A program made the position numbers and the translations under genes. Source: Bacteroidales bacterium (GTDB taxonomy: Bacteria; Bacteroidota; Bacteroidia; Bacteroidales; JAQUTK01). Taken from it: DNA of 64,000 nt. The DNA lies in NCBI GenBank assembly GCA_963677415.2, contig CAXXFJ010000034.1, positions 22,146 through 86,145 on the forward strand, written 5' to 3'. The notes beneath the pieces were generated by a model, which saw nothing but the letters and a program-made list of their open reading frames with translations, made no database searches and was not told the origin of the DNA. Shown one piece after another: positions 45,604 through 54,752 of the stretch (position 1 is the first letter of the stretch; each line of letters begins with the position of its first letter).

Positions 45604-47769
45604 ATGAAGAAACTTCTTTTTACTCTGTTTTTTGGAAGTGCAGCACTAACGATGCAGGCTCAAGGCTCCTATGCCTATCCGTTTCAGAATCCTAATCTGC
45701 CCGATGAACAGCGGATAGAGAACCTGATCTCACTGATGAATTTTGATGAGATTATTGATATGTATGGCGGTGCCGGTGTGCCTCGGTTGGGCGTGCGTAG
45801 TCCGGGAAGTTCAGAAGCTATCCATGGGGTGGTGCAAGGCGGTCCGGCCTGGAATGAAAAGAGAAGTCCCAAACAGCCGACGACGATCTTTCCACAAGGC
45901 TATGGACTGGGTGAGACCTGGGATACGGAATTACTTCAACAGGTGGCAGATCAGGTGGCTACTGAAGCACGCTATCTCTACCAGAGTCTGAAGTATCGCA
46001 GAAGTGGACTGGTGCTGTGGTCGCCCAATGCTGATCTGGGGCGGGATATCCGTTGGGGTCGCACCGAGGAGTGTTATGGTGAAGATCCATACCTCGTGGG
46101 TGAAATGACTACTGCGTTTGTGAAAGGCTTGCAGGGAGATCATCCCAAATACTGGAAAATAGCTTCCCTGATGAAGCATTTCCTTGCTAACAGCAATGAA
46201 TATGGACGTACCGAGACTTCCTCAGATTTTGATGATGCGCTCTTTCGTGAATATTACTCCTACGGCTTTTGGAGAGGGATAAAGAAAGGGGGAGCCAATG
46301 CGTTGATGACTGCTTATAATGCTTATAACGGAACGCCATGTACCATTCATCCGATGCTTCGTACTATACTGATGAAGGAGTGGGGGTTTAATGGTATGAT
46401 AACTACCGACGGAGGTGCATTTCAGCAACTGAAAACTTCCCACAAGGTGTTTACCGATCTGGAATATGCTGCTCAGGCTTGTGTGAAGGCAGGTACTTCC
46501 CGCTTTTTAGATACCTATAAGGAGGCACTGGAAGGCGCCTTTAATAAAGGGCTTATATCGTACCCCGAACTGGAAGAAAATATCAAAGGTAACATCCGGC
46601 TCATGGTCAAACTGGGCTTGCTGGACAGTACTGTCACGAATCCATATAGTAAGATCGGCATCAGTGATACTATTGATCCGTGGACAAAGCAGGAGACAAA
46701 GGATTTTGCGCGTCTGGTTGCAAATAAGTCCGCAGTGCTGCTGAAGAATGAGAAAGGGACGTTGCCATTGAACAAACAGACGATTACGAAGATTGCAGTT
46801 ATTGGTAACCGTGCCGATGATGTGATTGAAGATTGGTATAGTGGCACACTGCCCTACAAGGTAACGCCATTGCAGGGGATTAGCGAGGTGGCTCAGGCTA
46901 CTAATATCGAAGTGCGGTATGTGAAAGATGACAGACGCGGTGAGGCACAAAAGGCTGCCGCTTGGGCAGATGTGGCGATCGTATGCGTGGGCAATCATCC
47001 GACATGCAGTCCGGAATGGGCTTCTTCTCCCTGGGGACAAGGAGTGATAGCCGGTGAGGGACGAGAAGATGTGGATCGTGGTTCGATTCAGCTGGAGCAG
47101 GAGGACCTCATCAAATTGGTGTACAAGGCCAATCCCCGTACTGTGGTGGTGCTTATCAGCAGTTTTCCGTATGCGATCAACTGGACTCAGGAGCATGTGC
47201 CGGCAATCTTACATATTACTCAGGGTTGTCAGGAACTGGGTCATGCTGTTGCAGATGTATTGTTTGGAGCGTATAATCCGGCTGGACGGACGACGCAGAC
47301 CTGGGTTAGCAGTATCGACGAACTGCCTCCGATGCTAGACTATAACATTCGCAACGGTCGTACGTATATGTATTACAAAGGCAAACCATTGTATCCCTTT
47401 GGATTTGGATTGAGTTATACCACTTTCAAATATACCGATCTGAAGACAAATAAACAGATACTCACAGTGGGTGAGACGTTAAAAGTGTACGTGACTGTGG
47501 AGAATACCGGTTCCTGCGATGGCGAGGAAGTGGTGCAGCTGTATGTGAAGTCCGGCAACGATATAGCATCCAAGCGTCTGAAAGGTTTTGTACGTGTGCC
47601 GCTGAAGAAAGGAGAGAAGAAGACGGTTACAATTCCGTTGCCTGCTGAAGATCTGTGCGTATGGAACATGGTTCAATCTACGTGGCAGTTACCGGTGGGT
47701 ATGATGAAATTGATGGTCGGATCTTCTTCCGGGTCTATCAAGCAGGTTGTAAAAATTGAACTTAAGTAA
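45604..47769 (+). CDS. Glycoside hydrolase family 3 (beta-glucosidase/beta-xylosidase type)
   Basis: Signal peptide, GH3 N-terminal domain (RWGRTEECYGEDPYL, GFNGMITTDGGAF with the nucleophile Asp), C-terminal alpha/beta domain, and an Fn3-like tail (GEEVVQLYV). Confidence 0.9.
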   Translation: MKKLLFTLFFGSAALTMQAQGSYAYPFQNPNLPDEQRIENLISLMNFDEIIDMYGGAGVPRLGVRSPGSSEAIHGVVQGGPAWNEKRSPKQPTTIFPQGYGLGETWDTELLQQVADQVATEARYLYQSLKYRRSGLVLWSPNADLGRDIRWGRTEECYGEDPYLVGEMTTAFVKGLQGDHPKYWKIASLMKHFLANSNEYGRTETSSDFDDALFREYYSYGFWRGIKKGGANALMTAYNAYNGTPCTIHPMLRTILMKEWGFNGMITTDGGAFQQLKTSHKVFTDLEYAAQACVKAGTSRFLDTYKEALEGAFNKGLISYPELEENIKGNIRLMVKLGLLDSTVTNPYSKIGISDTIDPWTKQETKDFARLVANKSAVLLKNEKGTLPLNKQTITKIAVIGNRADDVIEDWYSGTLPYKVTPLQGISEVAQATNIEVRYVKDDRRGEAQKAAAWADVAIVCVGNHPTCSPEWASSPWGQGVIAGEGREDVDRGSIQLEQEDLIKLVYKANPRTVVVLISSFPYAINWTQEHVPAILHITQGCQELGHAVADVLFGAYNPAGRTTQTWVSSIDELPPMLDYNIRNGRTYMYYKGKPLYPFGFGLSYTTFKYTDLKTNKQILTVGETLKVYVTVENTGSCDGEEVVQLYVKSGNDIASKRLKGFVRVPLKKGEKKTVTIPLPAEDLCVWNMVQSTWQLPVGMMKLMVGSSSGSIKQVVKIELK

Positions 47770-47781
47770 TACAGTCAGACT

Positions 47782-47982
47782 ATGAAAAAGTGGTTGAGAA
47801 AGAATATGTTCTATTATATAGGAGTACTATGTGGAGGAACTGTCGGGTATCTGTATTATCATTTTATAGGAAGCAAAAGTGCTTCTTCTCCGTTTACAAC
47901 TTCTCCCGGAGTGAGTGTATTATGGGGAGTAGTGCTTGGACTCTTCATCGTAAGCATCTTTCGAAAGGAAGAGAATAAATAA
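47782..47982 (+). CDS. Small two-TM membrane protein (resembles the DUF6132 family)
   Basis: 66 aa with two hydrophobic helices around a loop (YYHFIGSKSASSPFTTSP). From memory the family normally has a GCxSGxCP loop, and the cysteines are absent here. Confidence 0.5.
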   Translation: MKKWLRKNMFYYIGVLCGGTVGYLYYHFIGSKSASSPFTTSPGVSVLWGVVLGLFIVSIFRKEENK

Positions 47983-48004
47983 AAGTAATAATTTAGATAA
48001 TAGC

Positions 48005-49303
48005 ATGAAAACAATTGGTTACCATTTAGTTGTATTATTAGTATCATTTATGTTCTGCTCCATTTCTTCGGGGCAAAACATCGTACTTCGTCAATCGAAT
48101 GAATCAGGTATTTACAAGACAGGAGAGAAAGCGCGTGTCACTTTGTTTGCAACAGATACTGTAACAGATTCGCTTTCTGTCAAAATAGTCAAGAACTATA
48201 ACAACAGTCAGACAACGCTGCAAAAGATTAAATTTCAGGGTGACACGCTGGTTGTGTTTGATGAAACATTGACAGGTCCAACAACTGTCATCTTTGATGT
48301 TCGCTCAGGAAATGAGTATGCCAGCATTGGACTGGTTGCTGATCCTGAGAAATACACACCCGGTACGAACTATCCGAAGGATCTGAAAAGTTACTGGAAA
48401 GCTCAAAGAAAAGCTTTGCGTGCTCTTCCAATGGAGGTGAAATCGACTCCTGTAACAATTGATGAGAAGGATTTTCAATGTTTTGATATGGAAATAAATT
48501 GTACCGGTTCCAAGCCGGCTCGAGGCTATTTTGCCAAACCAATATCTGCCAAACCTAAGTCTCTTCCTATCGTGTTATATCTTCATGCCGCTGGTGTAAA
48601 AGGGAGCTGGTGCCGCACCGAAACATGGAGTACCCTGCCTTATGCCAAGATCGGGAAAGGAACGCTCTGTTTTGATCTGAATGCCCACGGCATGCTCAAT
48701 GGTCAGCCCGAAGAGTATTATGCTGATCTCGAAAACGGTGAATTGAAAGACTATTACAAACAAGGTCTGGAAAGCAAAGAAGATATCTATTACAGAGGGA
48801 TGTACTTACGTATCATGCGGACGCTTGATTTTCTTTGCAGTCAGCCGGAGTGGGATGGGAAACGCATTCTGGTGATGGGTGAGAGTCAGGGCGGTGGACA
48901 GGCACTGGCTGCTGCCGGACTGGATGACAGGGTGACTGCTGCAATTGCAGTTGTTCCGGCGATGTGCGACTGGGGCGGTTCATTGGTTGGGCGTAGAGGA
49001 GGATGGTCCCAATTGTTTGAGGCGCCTTTTGATAAAGCTAAGATGCTGGCTACTTTGCCTTATTTTGATACAGCTCATCTGCTGAAAGGCTGCAAGGCAA
49101 CACTTGTTGTTGAGATTGGACTGATCGACTTTACCTGTCCTTCATCATCGATCTATGCGGCTATCAATCAGGCTAAAGGGAAGAAGATAATCTATCCGGT
49201 TCCTTATCGTGCTCACCACGTGGAGCAACCTGCTTATCAGAAAATATGGGAGATAACAGTCTCTAAACCGAAAGATGAGTTTATGAGGAACTATCTGAAG
49301 TAA
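48005..49303 (+). CDS. Acetyl xylan esterase / cephalosporin-C deacetylase-like (CE7-type) serine hydrolase
   Basis: Signal peptide, an N-terminal ~110-aa extra domain, and an AXE1-like alpha/beta hydrolase with the nucleophile elbow GESQGG. Confidence 0.85.
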   Translation: MKTIGYHLVVLLVSFMFCSISSGQNIVLRQSNESGIYKTGEKARVTLFATDTVTDSLSVKIVKNYNNSQTTLQKIKFQGDTLVVFDETLTGPTTVIFDVRSGNEYASIGLVADPEKYTPGTNYPKDLKSYWKAQRKALRALPMEVKSTPVTIDEKDFQCFDMEINCTGSKPARGYFAKPISAKPKSLPIVLYLHAAGVKGSWCRTETWSTLPYAKIGKGTLCFDLNAHGMLNGQPEEYYADLENGELKDYYKQGLESKEDIYYRGMYLRIMRTLDFLCSQPEWDGKRILVMGESQGGGQALAAAGLDDRVTAAIAVVPAMCDWGGSLVGRRGGWSQLFEAPFDKAKMLATLPYFDTAHLLKGCKATLVVEIGLIDFTCPSSSIYAAINQAKGKKIIYPVPYRAHHVEQPAYQKIWEITVSKPKDEFMRNYLK

Positions 49304-49376
49304 ACCGAATAAGATCAATTGCATTTGATTTTTGTAATCTTTAAGTAGCAATTAATCGATATTCAAATATTATTTT

Positions 49377-49384
49377 TACCTTTG
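49377..49384 (+). promoter_or_regulatory. -7 promoter box TACCTTTG, the only consensus box upstream of nuoA
   Basis: Exact TAnnTTTG match, but ~400 nt upstream of the nuoA ATG. Confidence 0.4.
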
Positions 49385-49606
49385 CGCAGTCTTAAAAATA
49401 GGGTATGTCTTTTCGATTAAAGTTTGGTTTGTTATTACCGGTAACTCTGTTCTTTGCTTCCAAAGCTAATGCTAAGAAACAGAGCGTTGATACTTATGTC
49501 CAATCTATTGATTGTCAAATAACTATAAAGATGTATATCTCATTTGTCTGCGATAGAATCACCTCTCTCTTTGATTGTAAGCAGTTACGAAAACAAACCA
49601 TATTAC

Positions 49607-49664
49607 AGCCTGTTACAAATCTTACATCTGAATCATCAGAAAGATTGAATAACAGGCTTTTCTT
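49607..49664 (+). terminator. Long hairpin plus T-tract inside the nuoA upstream region (terminator/attenuator candidate)
   Basis: The outer stem AGCCTGTTA (49607-49615) / TAACAGGCT (49650-49658) and the inner stem AATCTT / AAGATT are followed by TTTCTT. Confidence 0.45.
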
Positions 49665-49787
49665 ATCTACCTCTGCCAGTGATTTCTTTCCGTGATAGTC
49701 GTTTGTGACTCTCTTTAGCCAATCCCGGAAATTCGGGACACTCTTTTGTTATTTAGTAATTTATATATTCATCAGTAATCTTATTTT

Positions 49788-50138
49788 ATGAATCTCTCAC
49801 TATTTGTAGTCGTGTTGATTACTGCCATTGTACTTGTTGCTGCGGCTTTGATCATTGGACGTCTTCTCTCTCCGAGGTCTTATAATAAACAGAAAGGAGA
49901 AGCGTACGAGTGTGGTATTCCAACAAGAGGAGGATCCTGGATGCAGTTTAAAGTAGGATACTACTTGTATGCGATTCTTTTTCTTATGTTTGATGTCGAG
50001 ACTGTTTTCCTTTTCCCATGGGCAGTTACTGTTCGTGAGGCTGGAATCGACGGTCTGATTAATGTGATATTCTTTTTTGTAGTTTTAGTTTTGGGCCTTG
50101 CGTATGCCTGGAAGAAAGGAGCATTGGAATGGAAGTGA
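49788..50138 (+). CDS. nuoA: NADH-quinone oxidoreductase subunit A
   Basis: 116 aa, three TM helices, with the motif YECG.P and FL.FDVE..FLFPWA. Confidence 0.93.
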   Translation: MNLSLFVVVLITAIVLVAAALIIGRLLSPRSYNKQKGEAYECGIPTRGGSWMQFKVGYYLYAILFLMFDVETVFLFPWAVTVREAGIDGLINVIFFFVVLVLGLAYAWKKGALEWK

Positions 50139-50707
50139 AAATTAAATCGATGAAGTATGAAGACTTCAATGACAATGAATATCTGGAGTCACTTAAAGAA
50201 CTCAGGGAAGGTGCTGTCGATGTCATCGTTGGTTCCCTTGATGATCTCATCAATTGGGGAAGAAGCAACTCTCTCTGGCCGCTTACGTTTGCAACGAGTT
50301 GTTGTGGTATTGAGTTTATGGCGGTTGGTGCCGCACGTTATGACTTTTCCCGTTTCGGGTTTGAAGTAACACGTGCCAGTCCGCGACAAGCAGATGTAAT
50401 TATTGTTGCCGGTACGATAACAAATAAGATGGCTCCTGTGCTGAAACGCTTGTACGATCAGATGGCTGAGCCCAAATATGTCATTGCGATGGGTGGGTGT
50501 GCCATCTCCGGCGGACCCTTTACCCAATCGTATCATGTAGTCAATGGAGTTGATAAGATTATTCCGGTGGATGTCTTTATTCCCGGTTGTCCTCCTCGTC
50601 CTGAATCTTTGCTCTATGGAATGATGCAATTGCAACGGAAGGTGAAGACTGAGAAGTTCTTTGGAGGTGTAAACAGAAAAGAAAAGAAAGGAACTGAAAA
50701 TGATTGA
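50129..50707 (+). CDS. nuoB: NADH-quinone oxidoreductase subunit B
   Basis: The N2 cluster cysteines are present in [18 protein letters not shown] and PGCPPRPE. Confidence 0.95.
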   Translation: MEVKIKSMKYEDFNDNEYLESLKELREGAVDVIVGSLDDLINWGRSNSLWPLTFATSCCGIEFMAVGAARYDFSRFGFEVTRASPRQADVIIVAGTITNKMAPVLKRLYDQMAEPKYVIAMGGCAISGGPFTQSYHVVNGVDKIIPVDVFIPGCPPRPESLLYGMMQLQRKVKTEKFFGGVNRKEKKGTEND

Positions 50708-52334
50708 TCTTAAAGAAAGAATAACTGCCTTAGCACCTGAAGCTGAATTTGTGAAAGTGGAGGGCAAACCCCTGGAAGTGATACTTCCTTCTTCTGCGGT
50801 ACATGATACTATGATGAAGTTTCGCGATGATAAAGAATTGATGTTTAGCTTTCTGGTCTGCCTCTCCGGGATGGATTGGGGCGATAGTCTGGGTGTTGTT
50901 TATCATCTGTTTTCATTAAAGTATCGCAATTATCTGGTTGTAAAGACAACAACAACGGATAGAGAAAAACCGCAACTGTATAGTGTTTCCGATATATGGG
51001 CTACAGCTGATATGAATGAACGTGAGGTTTATGACTTCTTTGGTATCCGGTTCATCAATCATCCTGATATGCGTCGGTTGTTTCTTCGTAATGATTTTGT
51101 CGGATATCCTCTCCGTAAAGATTATGATATGAGCGAAGAGAACAATCCGCTCGTAATGACCAATGAAGAGACAGATGATATAGCTCCTGTGCTTGTGGAA
51201 AATGCGCTGGGAGAAGTTGAAGAAAAGCAAAAAGTGCTTTTTGAAGATTCAGAATATGTGGTGAATATCGGTCCGCAGCACCCTGCTACTCATGGTGTAC
51301 TTCATTTTCGTACTTCATTGGAAGGTGAGATTATAAAGAAGGTGGATGTTCATTGCGGGTATATTCACAGAGGGATAGAGAAGATGGCTGAAAGTCTTAC
51401 TTATCCTCAGATATTGGGTTATACCGACCGTCTGGATTATCTATCCGCACATCAGAACCGCCATGCTGTTTGTATGTGTGTGGAAGAGGCTATGGGTCTT
51501 GAGATTCCCGATCGTGTAAAGTATATCCGTACGATTATGGATGAACTCTCCAGACTTCAGTCGCACTTTCTTTTCTATTCCTGTCTTTGTATGGATATGG
51601 GAGCTTTAACACCTTTCTTCTACGGATTTCGTGATCGTGAGAAGATACTGGACATTTTTGAAGAAACGACCGGTGGTCGACTCATTCAGAATTATAATGT
51701 CATTGGTGGTGTGATGGCAGACATTGATCCTGATTTTGTAGCAGGAGTAAAGAAGTTTATCAAGTATTTACCACCAATGCTTCAAGAGTATCATGATGTA
51801 TTTACAGGAAACGTAATTGCGACTCAACGTCTGAAAGGTGTGGGTATTCTCTCAAAAGAGGACGCAATCTCATATGGAGTGACCGGCCCTTCTGGAAGGG
51901 CTTCCGGTGTTTCTTGCGATATTCGCAAACTGGCTCCCTATGGAGTCTATGACAAAGTTGATTTTAAAGAGATCATTTATCCTGAAGGAGATAGTTTTGC
52001 CCGTTATATGGTACGTATGGACGAGATTCTGGAGTCCCTCCATATACTTGAGCAACTCATTGATAATATCCCTGCCGGAGACTTTGCTGTAAAAACCAAA
52101 CCGATCATACGACTTCCCGAAGGATCTTTCTTCAAAATGGTGGAAGCCGGCCGTGGTGCTTTTGGTGTTTATATAGAAAGTAAAGGTGACAAGACACCGT
52201 ATCGTTTGAAATTCCGTTCTTCGTGCCTTCCTTTAGTCTCTGTCGTAGATCTGCTGGCTACAGGTGCCAAGATTGCCGACTTGATTGCTATCGGAGGAAC
52301 GTTGGATTATGTTGTACCTGATATAGATAGATAG
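50700..52334 (+). CDS. nuoCD: Fused NADH-quinone oxidoreductase subunits C and D
   Basis: The N-terminal ~170 aa are NuoC-like (ERE.YDFFGI.F..HPD.RR). The remainder is NuoD ([13 protein letters not shown]...DIDR at the C-terminus). Confidence 0.95.
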   Translation: MIDLKERITALAPEAEFVKVEGKPLEVILPSSAVHDTMMKFRDDKELMFSFLVCLSGMDWGDSLGVVYHLFSLKYRNYLVVKTTTTDREKPQLYSVSDIWATADMNEREVYDFFGIRFINHPDMRRLFLRNDFVGYPLRKDYDMSEENNPLVMTNEETDDIAPVLVENALGEVEEKQKVLFEDSEYVVNIGPQHPATHGVLHFRTSLEGEIIKKVDVHCGYIHRGIEKMAESLTYPQILGYTDRLDYLSAHQNRHAVCMCVEEAMGLEIPDRVKYIRTIMDELSRLQSHFLFYSCLCMDMGALTPFFYGFRDREKILDIFEETTGGRLIQNYNVIGGVMADIDPDFVAGVKKFIKYLPPMLQEYHDVFTGNVIATQRLKGVGILSKEDAISYGVTGPSGRASGVSCDIRKLAPYGVYDKVDFKEIIYPEGDSFARYMVRMDEILESLHILEQLIDNIPAGDFAVKTKPIIRLPEGSFFKMVEAGRGAFGVYIESKGDKTPYRLKFRSSCLPLVSVVDLLATGAKIADLIAIGGTLDYVVPDIDR

Positions 52335-52339
52335 AAAAT

Positions 52340-53416
52340 ATGTTTGATTTTGCAGTAGTCACAAAGTGGATAGATACTTTATTGAGAAGTTTTCTTCCGG
52401 ATCAGGCAACTTTACTTGTAGAGTTTTTATTGGTCGGTTTATGCCTGTTGACAGCGTATGCGCTCATAGCGCTAGCTCTTATATATGGTGAACGAAAGAT
52501 TTGCGCCTGGTTTCAGTGCCGTCTCGGCCCGAATCGCGTAGGTCCTTATGGCTTGATTCAACCGGTAGCAGATATGGTCAAGATGTTGATCAAGGAGCTG
52601 ATTGATATGAACCATAGCGATAAATTTCTTTTTCGTGTTGCTCCGTTTATCGTAATCATCTCTTCAGTACTGGCATTTGGTTGTATACCTTTTGCAAAAG
52701 GATTGGAGATTCTTGATTTCAATGTTGGTATCTTCTTTCTGATGGCGGTTTCTTCCATTGGAATAGTTGGAATCTTACTTGCCGGCTGGAGTAGTAACAA
52801 TAAGTTTTCATTGATTGGTGCCATGCGAAGTGGTGCCCAAATGATCAGTTACGAACTCTCTATCGGTTTGACGATATTGACCATGGTAGTGTTAAGTGGA
52901 AGTATGCAGCTCTCTACGATCGTGGAGAGTCAGGCAAACGGATGGTTTATCTTTACAGGACATATTCCTGCATTCATCGCATTTGTAATCTATATGATTG
53001 CAGGAACGGCAGAAACTAACCGTGGCCCGTTTGACCTTCCGGAGGCTGACTCTGAGTTGACAGCTGGCTATCATACAGAATATTCCGGCATTCAGTTTGG
53101 ATTCTTTTATCTGGCAGAGTACCTCAATATGTTTGTGGTTGCGGCAGTAGCTACAACTCTTTTCTGGGGTGGATGGATGCCGTTGCATATTCCCGGATTC
53201 GACAACTTTAATATGATCATGGATTATATTCCATCTCTCTTATGGTTTTTCGGTAAGGCAGCTGTGATGATATTCATCATCATGTGGTTCAAATGGACAT
53301 TCCCCCGGTTGCGTATTGACCAGTTACTCCGATTGGAGTGGAAGTACTTGCTTCCTATCAACTTGATTAACCTGATGCTGATGGTAATAATCGTTGTATT
53401 CGGATTGCATTTCTGA
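52340..53416 (+). CDS. nuoH: NADH-quinone oxidoreductase subunit H
   Basis: NuoH/ND1 motifs are present: [23 protein letters not shown], and [20 protein letters not shown]. Confidence 0.95.
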   Translation: MFDFAVVTKWIDTLLRSFLPDQATLLVEFLLVGLCLLTAYALIALALIYGERKICAWFQCRLGPNRVGPYGLIQPVADMVKMLIKELIDMNHSDKFLFRVAPFIVIISSVLAFGCIPFAKGLEILDFNVGIFFLMAVSSIGIVGILLAGWSSNNKFSLIGAMRSGAQMISYELSIGLTILTMVVLSGSMQLSTIVESQANGWFIFTGHIPAFIAFVIYMIAGTAETNRGPFDLPEADSELTAGYHTEYSGIQFGFFYLAEYLNMFVVAAVATTLFWGGWMPLHIPGFDNFNMIMDYIPSLLWFFGKAAVMIFIIMWFKWTFPRLRIDQLLRLEWKYLLPINLINLMLMVIIVVFGLHF

Positions 53417-53454
53417 TCATTCATAAACAGGTATTAATTACTAATTAAAGAGGT

Positions 53455-53904
53455 ATGAATAGTATTAAAGAATATTTTGTCTCCTTCTTCAAAGGACTGA
53501 AATCACTATTAATCGGAATGAAAGTTACGTTACGTATCTTTTTCCGTAAGAAGACGACGGAGTGCTATCCCGAAAACAGAGATACGCTGATCATTGCTGA
53601 ACGCTTCAGAGGGACACTGACAATGCCACATGATGCAGAAGGAAACAATAAATGTATTGCTTGCGGACTGTGTGAGATAGCTTGTCCCAATGGAACGCTA
53701 CACATTGAAAGTGTGATTGAAGTAAATGAGGAGACGGGGAAAAAGAAAAAAGTATTGACAAGATATATGTATGATCATGGATCCTGCATGTTTTGTCAGA
53801 TGTGTGTAAGGGCTTGTCCGCACGATGCGATCTGTTTTGATAACTCATTTGAACATGCAGTCTTTACAAGAGCAAAATTAGTGAAACAACTTAATAAGAA
53901 ATAG
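53455..53904 (+). CDS. nuoI: NADH-quinone oxidoreductase subunit I
   Basis: Two 4Fe-4S motifs (CIACGLCEIACP and CMFCQMCVRACP). Confidence 0.93.
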   Translation: MNSIKEYFVSFFKGLKSLLIGMKVTLRIFFRKKTTECYPENRDTLIIAERFRGTLTMPHDAEGNNKCIACGLCEIACPNGTLHIESVIEVNEETGKKKKVLTRYMYDHGSCMFCQMCVRACPHDAICFDNSFEHAVFTRAKLVKQLNKK

Positions 53905-53905
53905 T

Positions 53906-54415
53906 ATGGAAATGACATTGAATGAAGTTGTATTTTATCTGTTGTCGGGTGTCATCATAGTATGCTCTATCCTTACAGTGATGACATCGCGTATCTTGCG
54001 CTCGGCAACTTATTTGCTGTTTGTGCTTTTCGCCACAGCAGGAATGTATTTTCAGATGAATTATTCCTTTATGGGAGCGGTTCAGTTGACTGTATATGCC
54101 GGTGGTGTAATCGTTTTATATGTATTCTCCATCCTGCTGACGAGTAGTCTGGGGGGGGATAAAGAACGTCCAAAGATCAAGCATATGATTGTCGGACTTT
54201 CAGCTGTTATTGTTGGAGCAGTATTGTGTATTTACATTATGCTGACGCATACTTTTCCTGCTTCAAGGTATGTGGCAGGTGAGATTGATGTGAAAACGAT
54301 AGGTCATATATTGATGGGAACAGAGAAATATCAGTATTTGTTGCCTTTTGAAGCAATCAGCGTTTTATTACTGGCTTGTATAGTCGGAGGTATTCTAATA
54401 GCAAGAAAAAGATAA
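53906..54415 (+). CDS. nuoJ: NADH-quinone oxidoreductase subunit J
   Basis: A 169-aa polytopic protein in the conserved operon position, with the motif VYAGGV.VL..F. Confidence 0.9.
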   Translation: MEMTLNEVVFYLLSGVIIVCSILTVMTSRILRSATYLLFVLFATAGMYFQMNYSFMGAVQLTVYAGGVIVLYVFSILLTSSLGGDKERPKIKHMIVGLSAVIVGAVLCIYIMLTHTFPASRYVAGEIDVKTIGHILMGTEKYQYLLPFEAISVLLLACIVGGILIARKR

Positions 54416-54418
54416 AAT

Positions 54419-54730
54419 ATGGAAATACGAATGGAATATTATCTGGTGGTGAGTGCCATCATGATGTTTGCCGGTATATATGGCTTTTTTGTCCGCCGGA
54501 ATTTGCTGGGAATCCTGATCTCGATCGAACTTATGCTGAATTCAGTGGATATCAACTTTATGGTATTCAATCGCTATTTGTATCCGGATCAGTTGGAAGG
54601 GTTCTTCTTTACACTGTTTGCTATTGGTATATCTGCAGCGGAAACTGCAATCGCTATTGCAATCTGTATCAATGTATATCGTAATTTGAAGAATATCCAA
54701 GTGAAAAATCTGGATGAAATGAAGCATTAA
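54419..54730 (+). CDS. nuoK: NADH-quinone oxidoreductase subunit K
   Basis: 103 aa, three TM helices, with SIELMLN and AAETAIA motifs. Confidence 0.92.
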   Translation: MEIRMEYYLVVSAIMMFAGIYGFFVRRNLLGILISIELMLNSVDINFMVFNRYLYPDQLEGFFFTLFAIGISAAETAIAIAICINVYRNLKNIQVKNLDEMKH

Positions 54731-54752
54731 TGATCAAAAACTAATTAAAGAG

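Noticed and set aside
46507-47196. 229-codon minus-strand ORF antisense to the GH3 gene (and 8720-9352 antisense to the lyase-like gene)
   Set aside because: These are shadow ORFs inside well-supported secreted enzyme genes.
49405-49695. 96-codon ORF with a signal-peptide-like start upstream of nuoA
   Set aside because: It reads through a terminator-like hairpin, has a low-complexity AT-rich composition and shows no recognisable family. It is treated as non-coding leader, with low certainty.
50189-50767. 192-codon minus-strand ORF antisense to nuoB
   Set aside because: This is a shadow ORF of a highly conserved gene, with no independent signals.
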